From NCBI GenBank assembly GCA_947628395.1, contig CANQZP010000003.1, positions 1-36,869 on the forward strand: a stretch of DNA of 36,869 nucleotides. The letters are read 5' to 3'. Below are positions 28,553 through 36,869 of the stretch, piece by piece. The notes beneath the pieces are model-generated. The model was not told the DNA's origin. It did not search any database and saw nothing but the letters and a program-made list of their open reading frames with translations. The stretch's first letter is position 1, and each line of letters starts with the position of its first letter. Position numbers and translations under genes: made by a program. This DNA comes from an uncultured Clostridia bacterium. Lineage in GTDB: Bacteria > Bacillota > Clostridia > TANB77 > CAG-508.

Positions 28553-29026
28553 TTGGCAAAGGATAGTATTGAGATAAAGGTAGAAAATCTTTTAAAAAAT
28601 ATTATTAATGACTTAGGTTATGATTTGTACGATGTTGAATATGCTAAAGAAGGAAAGGATTATTATTTACGTATATTCATAGATAGCCCAAATGGTATTT
28701 CTATAGATGATTGTGAAAATGTAAATAATAGTATTGATGAGATTTTAGATAAGTCTGATTTAATTAAAGAACAGTATTTTTTAGAAGTGTCTTCTACAGG
28801 ACTAGAAAAAAATTTGAGAAAAGATATTCATTTTATTTCTAATATAGGAAAAGAAATTGAAGTTAAGCTATTTGATAAAGTTAATAATAAAAAAATCTTT
28901 TCTGGGATTTTAAAGGATGTTAAAGATGATGAAATAATTTTAGAATCTGATAATGAGGATGTTATTATTAACAAAAATAATATTTCAGTGGCAAAAACTG
29001 TTTATGATTGGAATAATGAGGGTTAA
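28553..29026 (+). CDS. rimP: Ribosome maturation factor RimP
   Basis: YLRIFIDSPNGISIDDCE, YFLEVSSTGLE; first gene of the nusA-infB operon. Confidence 0.95.
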   Translation: MAKDSIEIKVENLLKNIINDLGYDLYDVEYAKEGKDYYLRIFIDSPNGISIDDCENVNNSIDEILDKSDLIKEQYFLEVSSTGLEKNLRKDIHFISNIGKEIEVKLFDKVNNKKIFSGILKDVKDDEIILESDNEDVIINKNNISVAKTVYDWNNEG

Positions 29027-29067
29027 CTTTTAGAGTAGTTATACCTCAGAAAGAAAGGAGATAAAAA

Positions 29068-30177
29068 ATGAAAGCAATTGATGTTAGAGAATTAGTTATA
29101 GCAATGGAGGAATTAGAAAAAGAAAGAGGTATTGATAAAGATTATTTATTAGAGTCAATAGAGACTGCTTTAGTTACTGCATATAAGAAAAATTTTGATT
29201 CTGCCGAAAATGTAAAAGTTACAATAGACAAAGAAACTGGTGATACTCATGTTTATTCTACAAAAACAGTTGTAAAATCAGTAAAAGATAATCTTTTAGA
29301 AATTAGTTTAGCAGATGCTAAAAAAATAAGTAAAAAATATGAAATAGGTGATAATGTTGATGTTGAGATAGTTCCTAAAAATTTTGGAAGAATTGCTGCT
29401 CAAACTGCTAAACAAGTTGTTGTACAAAAAATTAGAGAAGCTGAAAGAAATATTGTTTTTGATGAATATAGTGATAAAAAAGGTGAAATAGTTTCTGGTA
29501 TAATTCAAAAAGCTGATGGAAATGCAGTTGTTTTGGATTTAGGAAGATTAGAAGGTATTATGCCTTTAAAAGAACAAGTTCCTACTGAAAAATATAGTGT
29601 AAATGAGAAAATTAGAGGATATGTAGTAGATGTAGAAAAAGGTGTTAAGGGAAATCCTCAAGCTATTGTTTCTAGAAGTCATCCTGACTTTGTTAGAAAG
29701 TTATTTGAATTCGAAATTCCTGAAATATATGAAGGTTTAATAGAAATAAAAAATATTTCAAGAGATGCAGGAAGTAGAAGTAAAGTTGCTGTATATTCTA
29801 CTAATGAAAATATTGATCCTGTTGGTTCTTGTGTAGGTCAAAAAGGAGTTAGAATTCAAAATATTATAAATGAGTTACATGGTGAAAAGATAGATGTTAT
29901 TGAGTGGAATGAAGATCCTGCTATATTTATTTCTTCAGCTTTATTACCTGCTCAAGTTTTAGCTGTTGATACTAAAGAAGATGAAAAATTTGCTCAAGTA
30001 ATTGTTAAAGATGATCAATTATCTTTAGCTATAGGAAAGTCTGGACAAAATGCTAGACTTGCTGCCAAACTTACAAATTGGAAGATAGATATTAAGAGTG
30101 AATCACAATTTAGAAAGATGCTAGAAGAAATGCAAAATGAGGAAAATAGTAGAGTAGAAGAAGAACAAGGAGAGTAG
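29068..30177 (+). CDS. nusA: Transcription termination factor NusA
   Basis: FGRIAAQTAKQVVVQKIREAER, IDPVGSCVG, LSLAIGKSGQNARLAAKLTNWKIDI. Confidence 0.97.
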   Translation: MKAIDVRELVIAMEELEKERGIDKDYLLESIETALVTAYKKNFDSAENVKVTIDKETGDTHVYSTKTVVKSVKDNLLEISLADAKKISKKYEIGDNVDVEIVPKNFGRIAAQTAKQVVVQKIREAERNIVFDEYSDKKGEIVSGIIQKADGNAVVLDLGRLEGIMPLKEQVPTEKYSVNEKIRGYVVDVEKGVKGNPQAIVSRSHPDFVRKLFEFEIPEIYEGLIEIKNISRDAGSRSKVAVYSTNENIDPVGSCVGQKGVRIQNIINELHGEKIDVIEWNEDPAIFISSALLPAQVLAVDTKEDEKFAQVIVKDDQLSLAIGKSGQNARLAAKLTNWKIDIKSESQFRKMLEEMQNEENSRVEEEQGE

Positions 30178-30182
30178 ATGTT

Positions 30183-30446
30183 TTGAAAAAAATACCTGAA
30201 AGAAGATGTATAGTTTGTTATGAATCAAAACCTAAAAAGGATTTAATAAGGATTGTAAAACCTAAAGAAGAAAATGTATGTGTTGATTTGACTGGTAAAA
30301 AGGCAGGTAGAGGTGCTTATATTTGTAATTCTTTAGAATGTTTAGAAAAAGCTATAAAAACTGATAAATTATCAAAAACTTTTGATTCGAAAGTAGATAA
30401 CGAAATTTATGAAGAATTGAGGATTATTATAAGTGGAACAAAATAA
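30183..30446 (+). CDS. ylxR: YlxR family RNA-binding protein
   Basis: PERRCIVC..KKDLIRIV..GRGAYIC; synteny between nusA and infB. Confidence 0.92.
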   Translation: MKKIPERRCIVCYESKPKKDLIRIVKPKEENVCVDLTGKKAGRGAYICNSLECLEKAIKTDKLSKTFDSKVDNEIYEELRIIISGTK

Positions 30447-30753
30447 GGTAAATGGGCTTTTAGGATTAGCAAGTAAAGCAGGAAAAGTTATCTGTGGCTC
30501 TGATGCTGTAGAAGAAGCAATTTTAAAAAAGAAAGTAAAATTAATAATTATTGCTACTGATTCTTCTGAAAAAACAAAACAGAAATTTTTAAAGATTTGC
30601 TTAGAAAATAATGTGAATTATAAACTCTATGGAACAGTTGAAGAAAATAGTAAAGCAATTGGTAAAGTTAATAAAGCAATTATTGCTATAAAAGATAAAA
30701 ATTTTGCAGATGCTATTATGGGTAAAATTTATGGGGGTGATACTATTGGTTAA
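30433..30753 (+). CDS. ylxQ: L7Ae-family RNA-binding protein (YlxQ)
   Basis: [28 protein letters not shown]; synteny. Confidence 0.9.
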   Translation: MEQNKVNGLLGLASKAGKVICGSDAVEEAILKKKVKLIIIATDSSEKTKQKFLKICLENNVNYKLYGTVEENSKAIGKVNKAIIAIKDKNFADAIMGKIYGGDTIG

Positions 30754-33499
30754 AATAAAAATTCATGAACTTGCAAAAAAATTAGAACTAACTAATAAAG
30801 AGGTTATTGATAAGGCGACTGAATTAGGAATTGAGGTAAAAAGCCATTTAAGTGCTATTTCAGAAACTGATGCAGAAAATATAACTAAAGCATTTAATAA
30901 AAATAGTAAAGAAAAAAGTAGTAAAGAGAAAAAAGAAATGGTATCTGAACCTGTTATAATTAGAAGAGCTGTTATCATAGAAGACGAGGATGAGGATAAA
31001 CCTAAAGAAAACAAATCTGGTGTAGGATTTGTAGAAAAAAATAAGAGAAATAAGGATTATAATATTGTTTATAGAAATAAACAAACTAAACCTATGTCTG
31101 TAGCTGAATTATTTGGTATTCCTTCTAAGAATGATAAAAAAGAAGAAAAGAAAGAAGCAGTAGTAGAAAAGCCAGCCAAGGTAGTAAATAGAAATATATC
31201 AGATAATAAAGAGGTTGAAAAAGCAAAGAAGAGTAATAGTATGGAAGAAGTTAAAAGCAGAACTGTTGTAGAAAATAATTATAGTAAAAATAAGAATAAT
31301 TATCAGAAAAATAATCAAAATAGTAATGGTTATAATAAAAATAGTAATTTTAATAAAACTAATAACTATAATAAAAACAATAACAATAACGGTTATAATA
31401 AAAATAATAATTTTAGCAATAACAGAAAACTAGACAACAAAGGTATTGACAGAAATATTAAGAATATTATGTCTGATATAGTTGAAAAGGAAAATGTTAG
31501 AGAATATTCTAATAAGGCAATTGATAAACAAAAAAGTAATCGTAATTTTAATGAGGAAAATAGAGTTAAAAAATCTAAGAAAAAGGGTATGAATGATGAT
31601 TTTAGTTCTAGCAAACTTAGAAATCTAAAGCAAGAAAGTAAACTTTCAAATGTTGATATGTTAGACTATTATGATTTAAGTACTCAAAGAGGAAGAAGAA
31701 GCGAGAAAAAAGGTAAACAAGAAAATAGAAATAAACAAAAAATATTTAAACTTACTGAAATTACTATTCCATCTTCTATTACAGTAAAAGACTTAGCCGC
31801 TGAAATGAAAATTACAAGTGGTGATGTAATAAAGAAACTTTTAAGTTTAGGTGTAATGGCTACAATAAATCAAGAGATTGATTTTGATATTGCATTTTTA
31901 GTTGCTTCTGAATATGGAATTAATGCTATTAAGAAAGATGTTAAAACTGAAGAGGATATATTGTTTGATGAGAGTGAAGATAAGCAAGAAGATTTAATAA
32001 ATAGACCACCAGTTATTGTTGTAATGGGACACGTAGATCATGGAAAAACTTCGCTTCTAGATGCTATTCGTTCTACTAATGTTATAGAAGGTGAATCTGG
32101 AGGAATTACTCAAGCAATTGGTGCTTATCAAGTTGATGTTAATGGTAGATCAATCACATTTTTAGATACTCCTGGACATGAAGCATTTACTAGTATGAGA
32201 GCTAGAGGTGCTCAGATAACAGATATTGCTATATTGGTAGTTGCTGCAAATGATGGTGTTATGCCTCAAACTGTTGAAGCAATAAACCATGCTAAAGCTG
32301 CGGAGATTCCTATTATTGTTGCTGTTAATAAAATGGATTTAGAAGGAGCTAATTTTGAAAAAATAAAACAAGAATTAACAGAATATGAACTTATTCCAGA
32401 AGAGTGGGGTGGAGATACAATATTTGTTCCTATTTCTGCTAGAAAGAAACAAGGAATCGATACTTTACTTGAAATGGTATTATTACAAGCTGATATGTTA
32501 GAGCTTAAGGTAAATCCTAAAAAACAAGCTAAAGGTACTGTCATTGAAGCAAAACTAGATAAAAGTAGAGGTCCAGTTGCTACAATGCTTGTACAAAGAG
32601 GAAAATTAGATGTTGGTGATACTATAGTTGTTGGTTCTACTATTGGTAGAATAAGAGCTATGATGGATGATAAAGGTAAGAAGGTAAAATCAGCAGGACC
32701 TTCAATGCCAGTTGAGATAACAGGTTTAACTGAAGTTCCTCAAGCAGGTGATACTTTCTATGAAGTTAAAGATGAAAAAACTGCTAAACATTTAATTGAA
32801 AGAAGAAGACGTCAAGAAAGAGAGAAATCTTTAAATGCTACAACTAAAGTAAGTTTAGATGATTTATTTAATCAAATTGAACAAGGTAACTTAAAACAAT
32901 TAAACTTAATTATAAAGGCTGATGTTCAAGGTTCTGTTGAGGCTGTAAAACAATCATTAGAAAAATTATCTAATGATCAAGTAAAAGTAAAGGTAATTCA
33001 CTCAAATGTTGGTGCAATTACTGAGACTGATGTTACATTAGCTAAAGTATCTAATGCTATTATTATAGGATTTAATGTAAGACCAGAGCCTATTGCTAAG
33101 TCTCAAGCAGAAAAAGATGAAGTAGAGATAAAAACATATTCTGTAATATATAATGCTATTGAAGATATTGAAGCTGCTATGAAAGGCATGTTAGATCCAG
33201 AGTTTAAAGAAGTTGTAATTGGTAATGCTGAAGTAAGACAAACATTTAAAGTTTCAAATGTTGGTACTATTGCAGGATGTTATGTAACAGATGGAAAAAT
33301 TGCTAGAAATTCTACAGTAAGAGTTATTAGAGATAATGTTGTATTACATGAAGGAAAGCTTATTTCTTTAAAGAGATTTAAAGATGATGCTAAAGAAGTT
33401 GCTTCTGGATATGAGTGTGGTGTTCAAATTGAGAATTATAATGATATTCAAGAAGGAGACATTATTGAAGCTCATATTATGGAAGAAATAAAAAGATAG
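30746..33499 (+). CDS. infB: Translation initiation factor IF-2
   Basis: TTG at 30746 after RBS GGGGTGA; [36 protein letters not shown]; Asn-rich linker. Confidence 0.97.
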   Translation: MVKIKIHELAKKLELTNKEVIDKATELGIEVKSHLSAISETDAENITKAFNKNSKEKSSKEKKEMVSEPVIIRRAVIIEDEDEDKPKENKSGVGFVEKNKRNKDYNIVYRNKQTKPMSVAELFGIPSKNDKKEEKKEAVVEKPAKVVNRNISDNKEVEKAKKSNSMEEVKSRTVVENNYSKNKNNYQKNNQNSNGYNKNSNFNKTNNYNKNNNNNGYNKNNNFSNNRKLDNKGIDRNIKNIMSDIVEKENVREYSNKAIDKQKSNRNFNEENRVKKSKKKGMNDDFSSSKLRNLKQESKLSNVDMLDYYDLSTQRGRRSEKKGKQENRNKQKIFKLTEITIPSSITVKDLAAEMKITSGDVIKKLLSLGVMATINQEIDFDIAFLVASEYGINAIKKDVKTEEDILFDESEDKQEDLINRPPVIVVMGHVDHGKTSLLDAIRSTNVIEGESGGITQAIGAYQVDVNGRSITFLDTPGHEAFTSMRARGAQITDIAILVVAANDGVMPQTVEAINHAKAAEIPIIVAVNKMDLEGANFEKIKQELTEYELIPEEWGGDTIFVPISARKKQGIDTLLEMVLLQADMLELKVNPKKQAKGTVIEAKLDKSRGPVATMLVQRGKLDVGDTIVVGSTIGRIRAMMDDKGKKVKSAGPSMPVEITGLTEVPQAGDTFYEVKDEKTAKHLIERRRRQEREKSLNATTKVSLDDLFNQIEQGNLKQLNLIIKADVQGSVEAVKQSLEKLSNDQVKVKVIHSNVGAITETDVTLAKVSNAIIIGFNVRPEPIAKSQAEKDEVEIKTYSVIYNAIEDIEAAMKGMLDPEFKEVVIGNAEVRQTFKVSNVGTIAGCYVTDGKIARNSTVRVIRDNVVLHEGKLISLKRFKDDAKEVASGYECGVQIENYNDIQEGDIIEAHIMEEIKR

Positions 33500-33509
33500 G
33501 AGAGTTTAA

Positions 33510-33881
33510 ATGCAAAAAAATAGTAACAGAATGAATAAAATTGATGAAGAACTAAAAAAAGAGATTAGTTATATTATTTCTCAGGAACTTAAAGATCCTC
33601 ATATTACTGGTTTAATTAGTGTTACAAAAGTATCTACTACACCAGATTTGAGATTTTCTAGAGTTTATGTTAGTATGATAGGTGCTAAGAGTAATAAGGG
33701 TAATTTAGCAAGATTAAAAAAATCATCAGGATATATTAGAACTATGATTGCTAAAAAAGTTAATTTAAGAACTACTCCAGAACTTATTTTTGAATTTGAT
33801 GAGTCTTTGGAATATGGTTCTAGAATTGATTCTATTATTAAAGATATTACTAAAGATTTGAAAAAAGATAATGAAGAATAA
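33510..33881 (+). CDS. rbfA: Ribosome-binding factor A
   Basis: ELKDPHI..SVTKV..DLR..RVYVS, LRTTPELIFEFDESLEYG. Confidence 0.96.
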   Translation: MQKNSNRMNKIDEELKKEISYIISQELKDPHITGLISVTKVSTTPDLRFSRVYVSMIGAKSNKGNLARLKKSSGYIRTMIAKKVNLRTTPELIFEFDESLEYGSRIDSIIKDITKDLKKDNEE

Positions 33882-33927
33882 TATATGCTTAAGATAAAAT
33901 ATTATAAAAGAGAAAGGATTTTTGTTT

Positions 33928-34878
33928 ATGACTTTAGATATTATTAAAGAAGAGATAGAAAAGGCAAATAGTATTGTCGTTTTAGCTCATGAAAACCCTG
34001 ATGGAGATGCCATAGGTAGCATTTTAGCTACATATATTTTATTAAAAGAGATGGGAAAAGATGTTGATTGTGTAACTTCAGTTTTTCCTAGGACATATAG
34101 TTTTTTACCTCATGCTGAAGAGACTATAAGAGAGGGAAGAGATGAAAAGTATGATTTAGCTATTGCTTTAGATTGCTCTGAAATAAAGAGATTGGATGAT
34201 CCTAATAATAGTTTTGAAAAGGCAAAGGTAAAAGTTAATATTGATCATCATATTGCAAATAGTATGTTTGGTGATTATAATTTTGTAGATCCAGTTTCAC
34301 CTGCTTGTTGTCAAATTTTAACTATGATTTTGGAATATATGAAAATTGATATCACTAAAGAAATTGCTACTTGTCTTCTTACTGGTATTATTACTGATAC
34401 TGGTGGGTTTAGATATGAAGGTGTATCTTCTGATACTTTTGAATATGTTTCTCAATTTCTAGAAAAGGGAGTTAATTTATCTAAAATATATAAACAATCA
34501 ATGCAATGTATTTCTAGACCTAGATTTGAGATTAGAAAACTAGCTCAAGATAGATTAGAATTTTTAGAAGATGGTAAGATTGCATATACATATATAACAA
34601 AAGAAGATATGGAAAGTTTTGGTGTTTTGCAGAGCGAGTTAGATGGTATTGTTGAAAATGGTAGGGATATAGAAGGTGTTGAGGTTTCTATTTTCCTTTA
34701 TGAGACTGATAAGGGATATAAGGCTTCTCTTCGTTCGAATGATTATGTGAATGTAGCTGATATTTGTTTGTTGTTTAATGGTGGTGGACATATTAAGGCT
34801 GCTGGGGCGACTTTGCCATATTCTTTAGAGGAGGCAAAGGAGAGAATTGTTTCTCAAACAAAAAATTTTTTGAAATAG
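33928..34878 (+). CDS. nrnA: DHH/DHHA1 bifunctional oligoribonuclease/pAp phosphatase
   Basis: HENPDGDAIGS, IDHH, GIITDTGGF, SLRS, GGGHIKAAG. Confidence 0.92.
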   Translation: MTLDIIKEEIEKANSIVVLAHENPDGDAIGSILATYILLKEMGKDVDCVTSVFPRTYSFLPHAEETIREGRDEKYDLAIALDCSEIKRLDDPNNSFEKAKVKVNIDHHIANSMFGDYNFVDPVSPACCQILTMILEYMKIDITKEIATCLLTGIITDTGGFRYEGVSSDTFEYVSQFLEKGVNLSKIYKQSMQCISRPRFEIRKLAQDRLEFLEDGKIAYTYITKEDMESFGVLQSELDGIVENGRDIEGVEVSIFLYETDKGYKASLRSNDYVNVADICLLFNGGGHIKAAGATLPYSLEEAKERIVSQTKNFLK

Positions 34879-34892
34879 ATTTTAATTTAGTA

Positions 34893-35087
34893 GTACAATA
34901 ATTGATTTTTAAATAGCCGCGTAAGCAACCAAACGAGACCGATAGGTCGAGTGCGATGTGGAGCAAATTACAGATATTTTTGTATTTCGCACTTTCTTCG
35001 AAGCCCGGGCGATTAATAATCGCCCCTACCAAATACTTTTAATCTGAAAGTTGCGACAGCAAAGCTATAAAAAATCAATTATTATAC
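34893..35087. mobile_element. ~195-bp MITE-like element (copy 2) between nrnA and truB
   Basis: TIRs gtacaataattgattttt / aaaaatcaattattatac; internal REP at 35007-35029. Confidence 0.75.
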
Positions 35088-35178
35088 TGCTTTTTTAGAA
35101 TATATCCTTTTAATTTAAATAGATATTGTTTGAGAGAGTTATATTTTCATCAATTTATTATATATCGAAGGTATTTAT

Positions 35179-36040
35179 ATGGATGGGATGATTTTAGTTA
35201 ATAAGGAAAAAGGTATTTCTTCTTTTGGAGTAGTTTCTAAAATTAGAAAATTATATGGAATAAAGAAAGTTCGGACATACTGGTACACTTGACCCAGAAG
35301 CTGAAGGGGTTCTACCTGTTTTAATTGGACAAGCTACGAAGCTTTCTAAATATTTTGTTGAGCATGATAAAAAGTATAGGGCAGTTTTGAGATTGGGAAT
35401 AAAAACTGATACTGGTGATAGTGAAGGAAAAGTTTTAGAAAAAGATAATTTTATTTTAGATTTAGAAAAGATAGAAGATTATAAAAGAGTATTTAATTCA
35501 TTTAAAGGTAAACAAATGCAATTACCTCCTATGTATTCTGCTTTGAAAGTTAATGGAAAAAAGTTATATGAATATGCAAGAGATGGAATTGAAGTTGAAC
35601 GTCATGAAAGAGAGATAGAAGTTTATAGTATTGATATTTTAAAAGTGCTTGAGAATAGTATTGAATTTGAAGTAGAGTGTTCTAAGGGTACATATATCAG
35701 AACTTTATGTGAGAGTATTGCTGAAAGACTTGGAACTATTGGCTTTATGGAGAGTTTGATAAGAACTAAAGTTGATAATTTTAGTATTAATGATAGTTTT
35801 ACTTTAGAAGAAATTGAAAATAGTGGAGATAGGGAAAAGTGTGTAATTAGTATAGAAAAATTATTTGAAAATAGTGATAAGATATATTTAAATGAAAGTA
35901 AACTTAAGTTGTTTATAAATGGAGGAAGATTAAAGACTGATTTTATAGATGGTTTATATAGAGTTTATTTTGAAGATAAATTTATTGGTTTAGGAAATGT
36001 AAAGGATAATATTCTAAAAAGAGATATTGTTTTGGAGTAA
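35179..36040 (+). CDS. truB: tRNA pseudouridine(55) synthase; +1 shift at CGG 35272-35274 (~286 aa)
   Basis: MDGMILVNKEKGISSFGVVSKIRKLYGIKKV, then C-gga cat act ggt aca ctt gac cca, restoring the catalytic GHTGTLDP motif and running into ORF 35387-36040 (PPMYSALKVNGKKLYEYAR, CSKGTYIRTL). Confidence 0.93.
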
Positions 36041-36110
36041 ATAAAATTTAGTAATCAAGCCCATTTTATATTGATTTTTCATATTATATATCAAAAAGGA
36101 GAGTGTATAG

Positions 36111-36680
36111 ATGGAAAATCAAGAAAATTTGGATGTTAGAAGATATTTATATAGGTTTGATGAGATTTTAAATCAGATGGAAAGAAAAATGTTATCTGCT
36201 ATTTTTACTGGTAATATAACTTTAGATTTTATAAAGTGTATGATACCTCATCATCAGGCTGCTATTTATATGTGCCAAAATTTATTGGAATTTACGAGTT
36301 ATGAACCCCTTAAAGAGATTGCTAGGGGAATAGTTAGAATGCAGACAAGAGGAATTGAACAGATGAGTAATATTGCGAGAACTACATCTGGTTTTAAAAA
36401 TTCGGCTATAGATGTAAATAATTACATTAATAATTATTTAGAGATTACAAGAAATATGGTTTGGAATATGAAAAATAGTGATAGGGGAATGGATATTAAT
36501 TTGGATTTTGTGAGTGAAATGATTCCTCATCATGAAGGTGCAATTGCTATGTGTAATAATTTACTTAAATATAATATTGATCCAAGATTAAGGAGTGTTG
36601 CTAAAACGATTATCGAGGAACAAAGTCGAGGTGTAGAAGAATTAGAAAAGATAAGAGCAGATTTATCGAGTGTTTCTTAA
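36111..36680 (+). CDS. DUF305 family protein (two MIPHH repeats, ferritin-like)
   Basis: FIKCMIPHHQAAIYM and FVSEMIPHHEGAIAM; RBS AGGAG. Confidence 0.85.
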   Translation: MENQENLDVRRYLYRFDEILNQMERKMLSAIFTGNITLDFIKCMIPHHQAAIYMCQNLLEFTSYEPLKEIARGIVRMQTRGIEQMSNIARTTSGFKNSAIDVNNYINNYLEITRNMVWNMKNSDRGMDINLDFVSEMIPHHEGAIAMCNNLLKYNIDPRLRSVAKTIIEEQSRGVEELEKIRADLSSVS

Positions 36681-36720
36681 GTTCTATATTATTTATGAAA
36701 TAAGAAAGGCATTTTGCCTT

Positions 36721-36744
36721 GTAGGGGCGATTTTAATCGCCCGT
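36721..36744. repeat. GTAG-REP-like palindrome
   Basis: gtaggggcgattttaatcgcccgt. Confidence 0.8.
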
Positions 36745-36869
36745 TTCTTTGAAGTAAGAGTAAAATATATGTCGCTCTCTTTGCTTTAGCAAATAAGAAA
36801 AGTGGCTTCGCCACATGTCACTCGCTTCGCTCGGACGAATCAAGGTAACTTAACCTTGTTGTATAGGAA

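Noticed and set aside
31270-31425. AAT/AAC-rich repeats in infB
   Set aside because: Ordinary low-complexity Asn-rich IF-2 linker, in frame.
534-32544. Short antisense or overlapping ORFs inside long genes (e.g. 534-785, 11620-11985, 12001-12411, 30763-31014, 32266-32544)
   Set aside because: Shadow ORFs of strongly biased coding sequence with no independent signals.
1385-35274. Simple reassignment of CGG to another amino acid
   Set aside because: Reassignment would keep frame 0, but at all six sites the family-like sequence continues in the +1 frame.
6265-36040. Calling rluB, truB, the S1 gene and the membrane gene ordinary pseudogenes
   Set aside because: Each has exactly one identical lesion and otherwise intact motifs; independent decay would not converge on C-GG. 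An assembly artefact remains possible and is listed as the refutation test.

Overview
Low-GC Clostridia-type chromosomal window of mostly housekeeping genes: ylmH, rluD, rluB, an S1-domain gene, a SpoVB/MurJ-type flippase, hup, T-box-ileS, secG-rnr, PBP1A-cysS-femABX-like-ftsH and the rimP-nusA-ylxR-L7Ae-infB-rbfA-nrnA-truB operon. It also holds a pilin-like/C-type-lectin-fold gene, an Rpn-family gene, an orphan Replic_Relax-like gene with a VirD4-like gene, and many GTAG-REP/MITE-like repeats. Main observation: six unrelated genes (pilin-like, ylmH, GT-C-like membrane protein, rluB, S1 protein, truB) are each broken by the same +1 frameshift. In each, an in-frame CGG (CGGA x5, CGGT x1) sits where skipping the C gives a Gly codon and restores the reading frame, in several cases a conserved motif ([14 protein letters not shown], RGGSF). 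By manual scan the intact conserved genes contain no in-frame CGG. The only in-frame CGG that appears unshifted (CGG-G) is in a small orphan gene. This points to systematic +1 or quadruplet recoding at CGG, although a systematic sequencing artefact must be excluded with reads. A candidate new ~130-nt sRNA lies at 8568-8700 on the minus strand.
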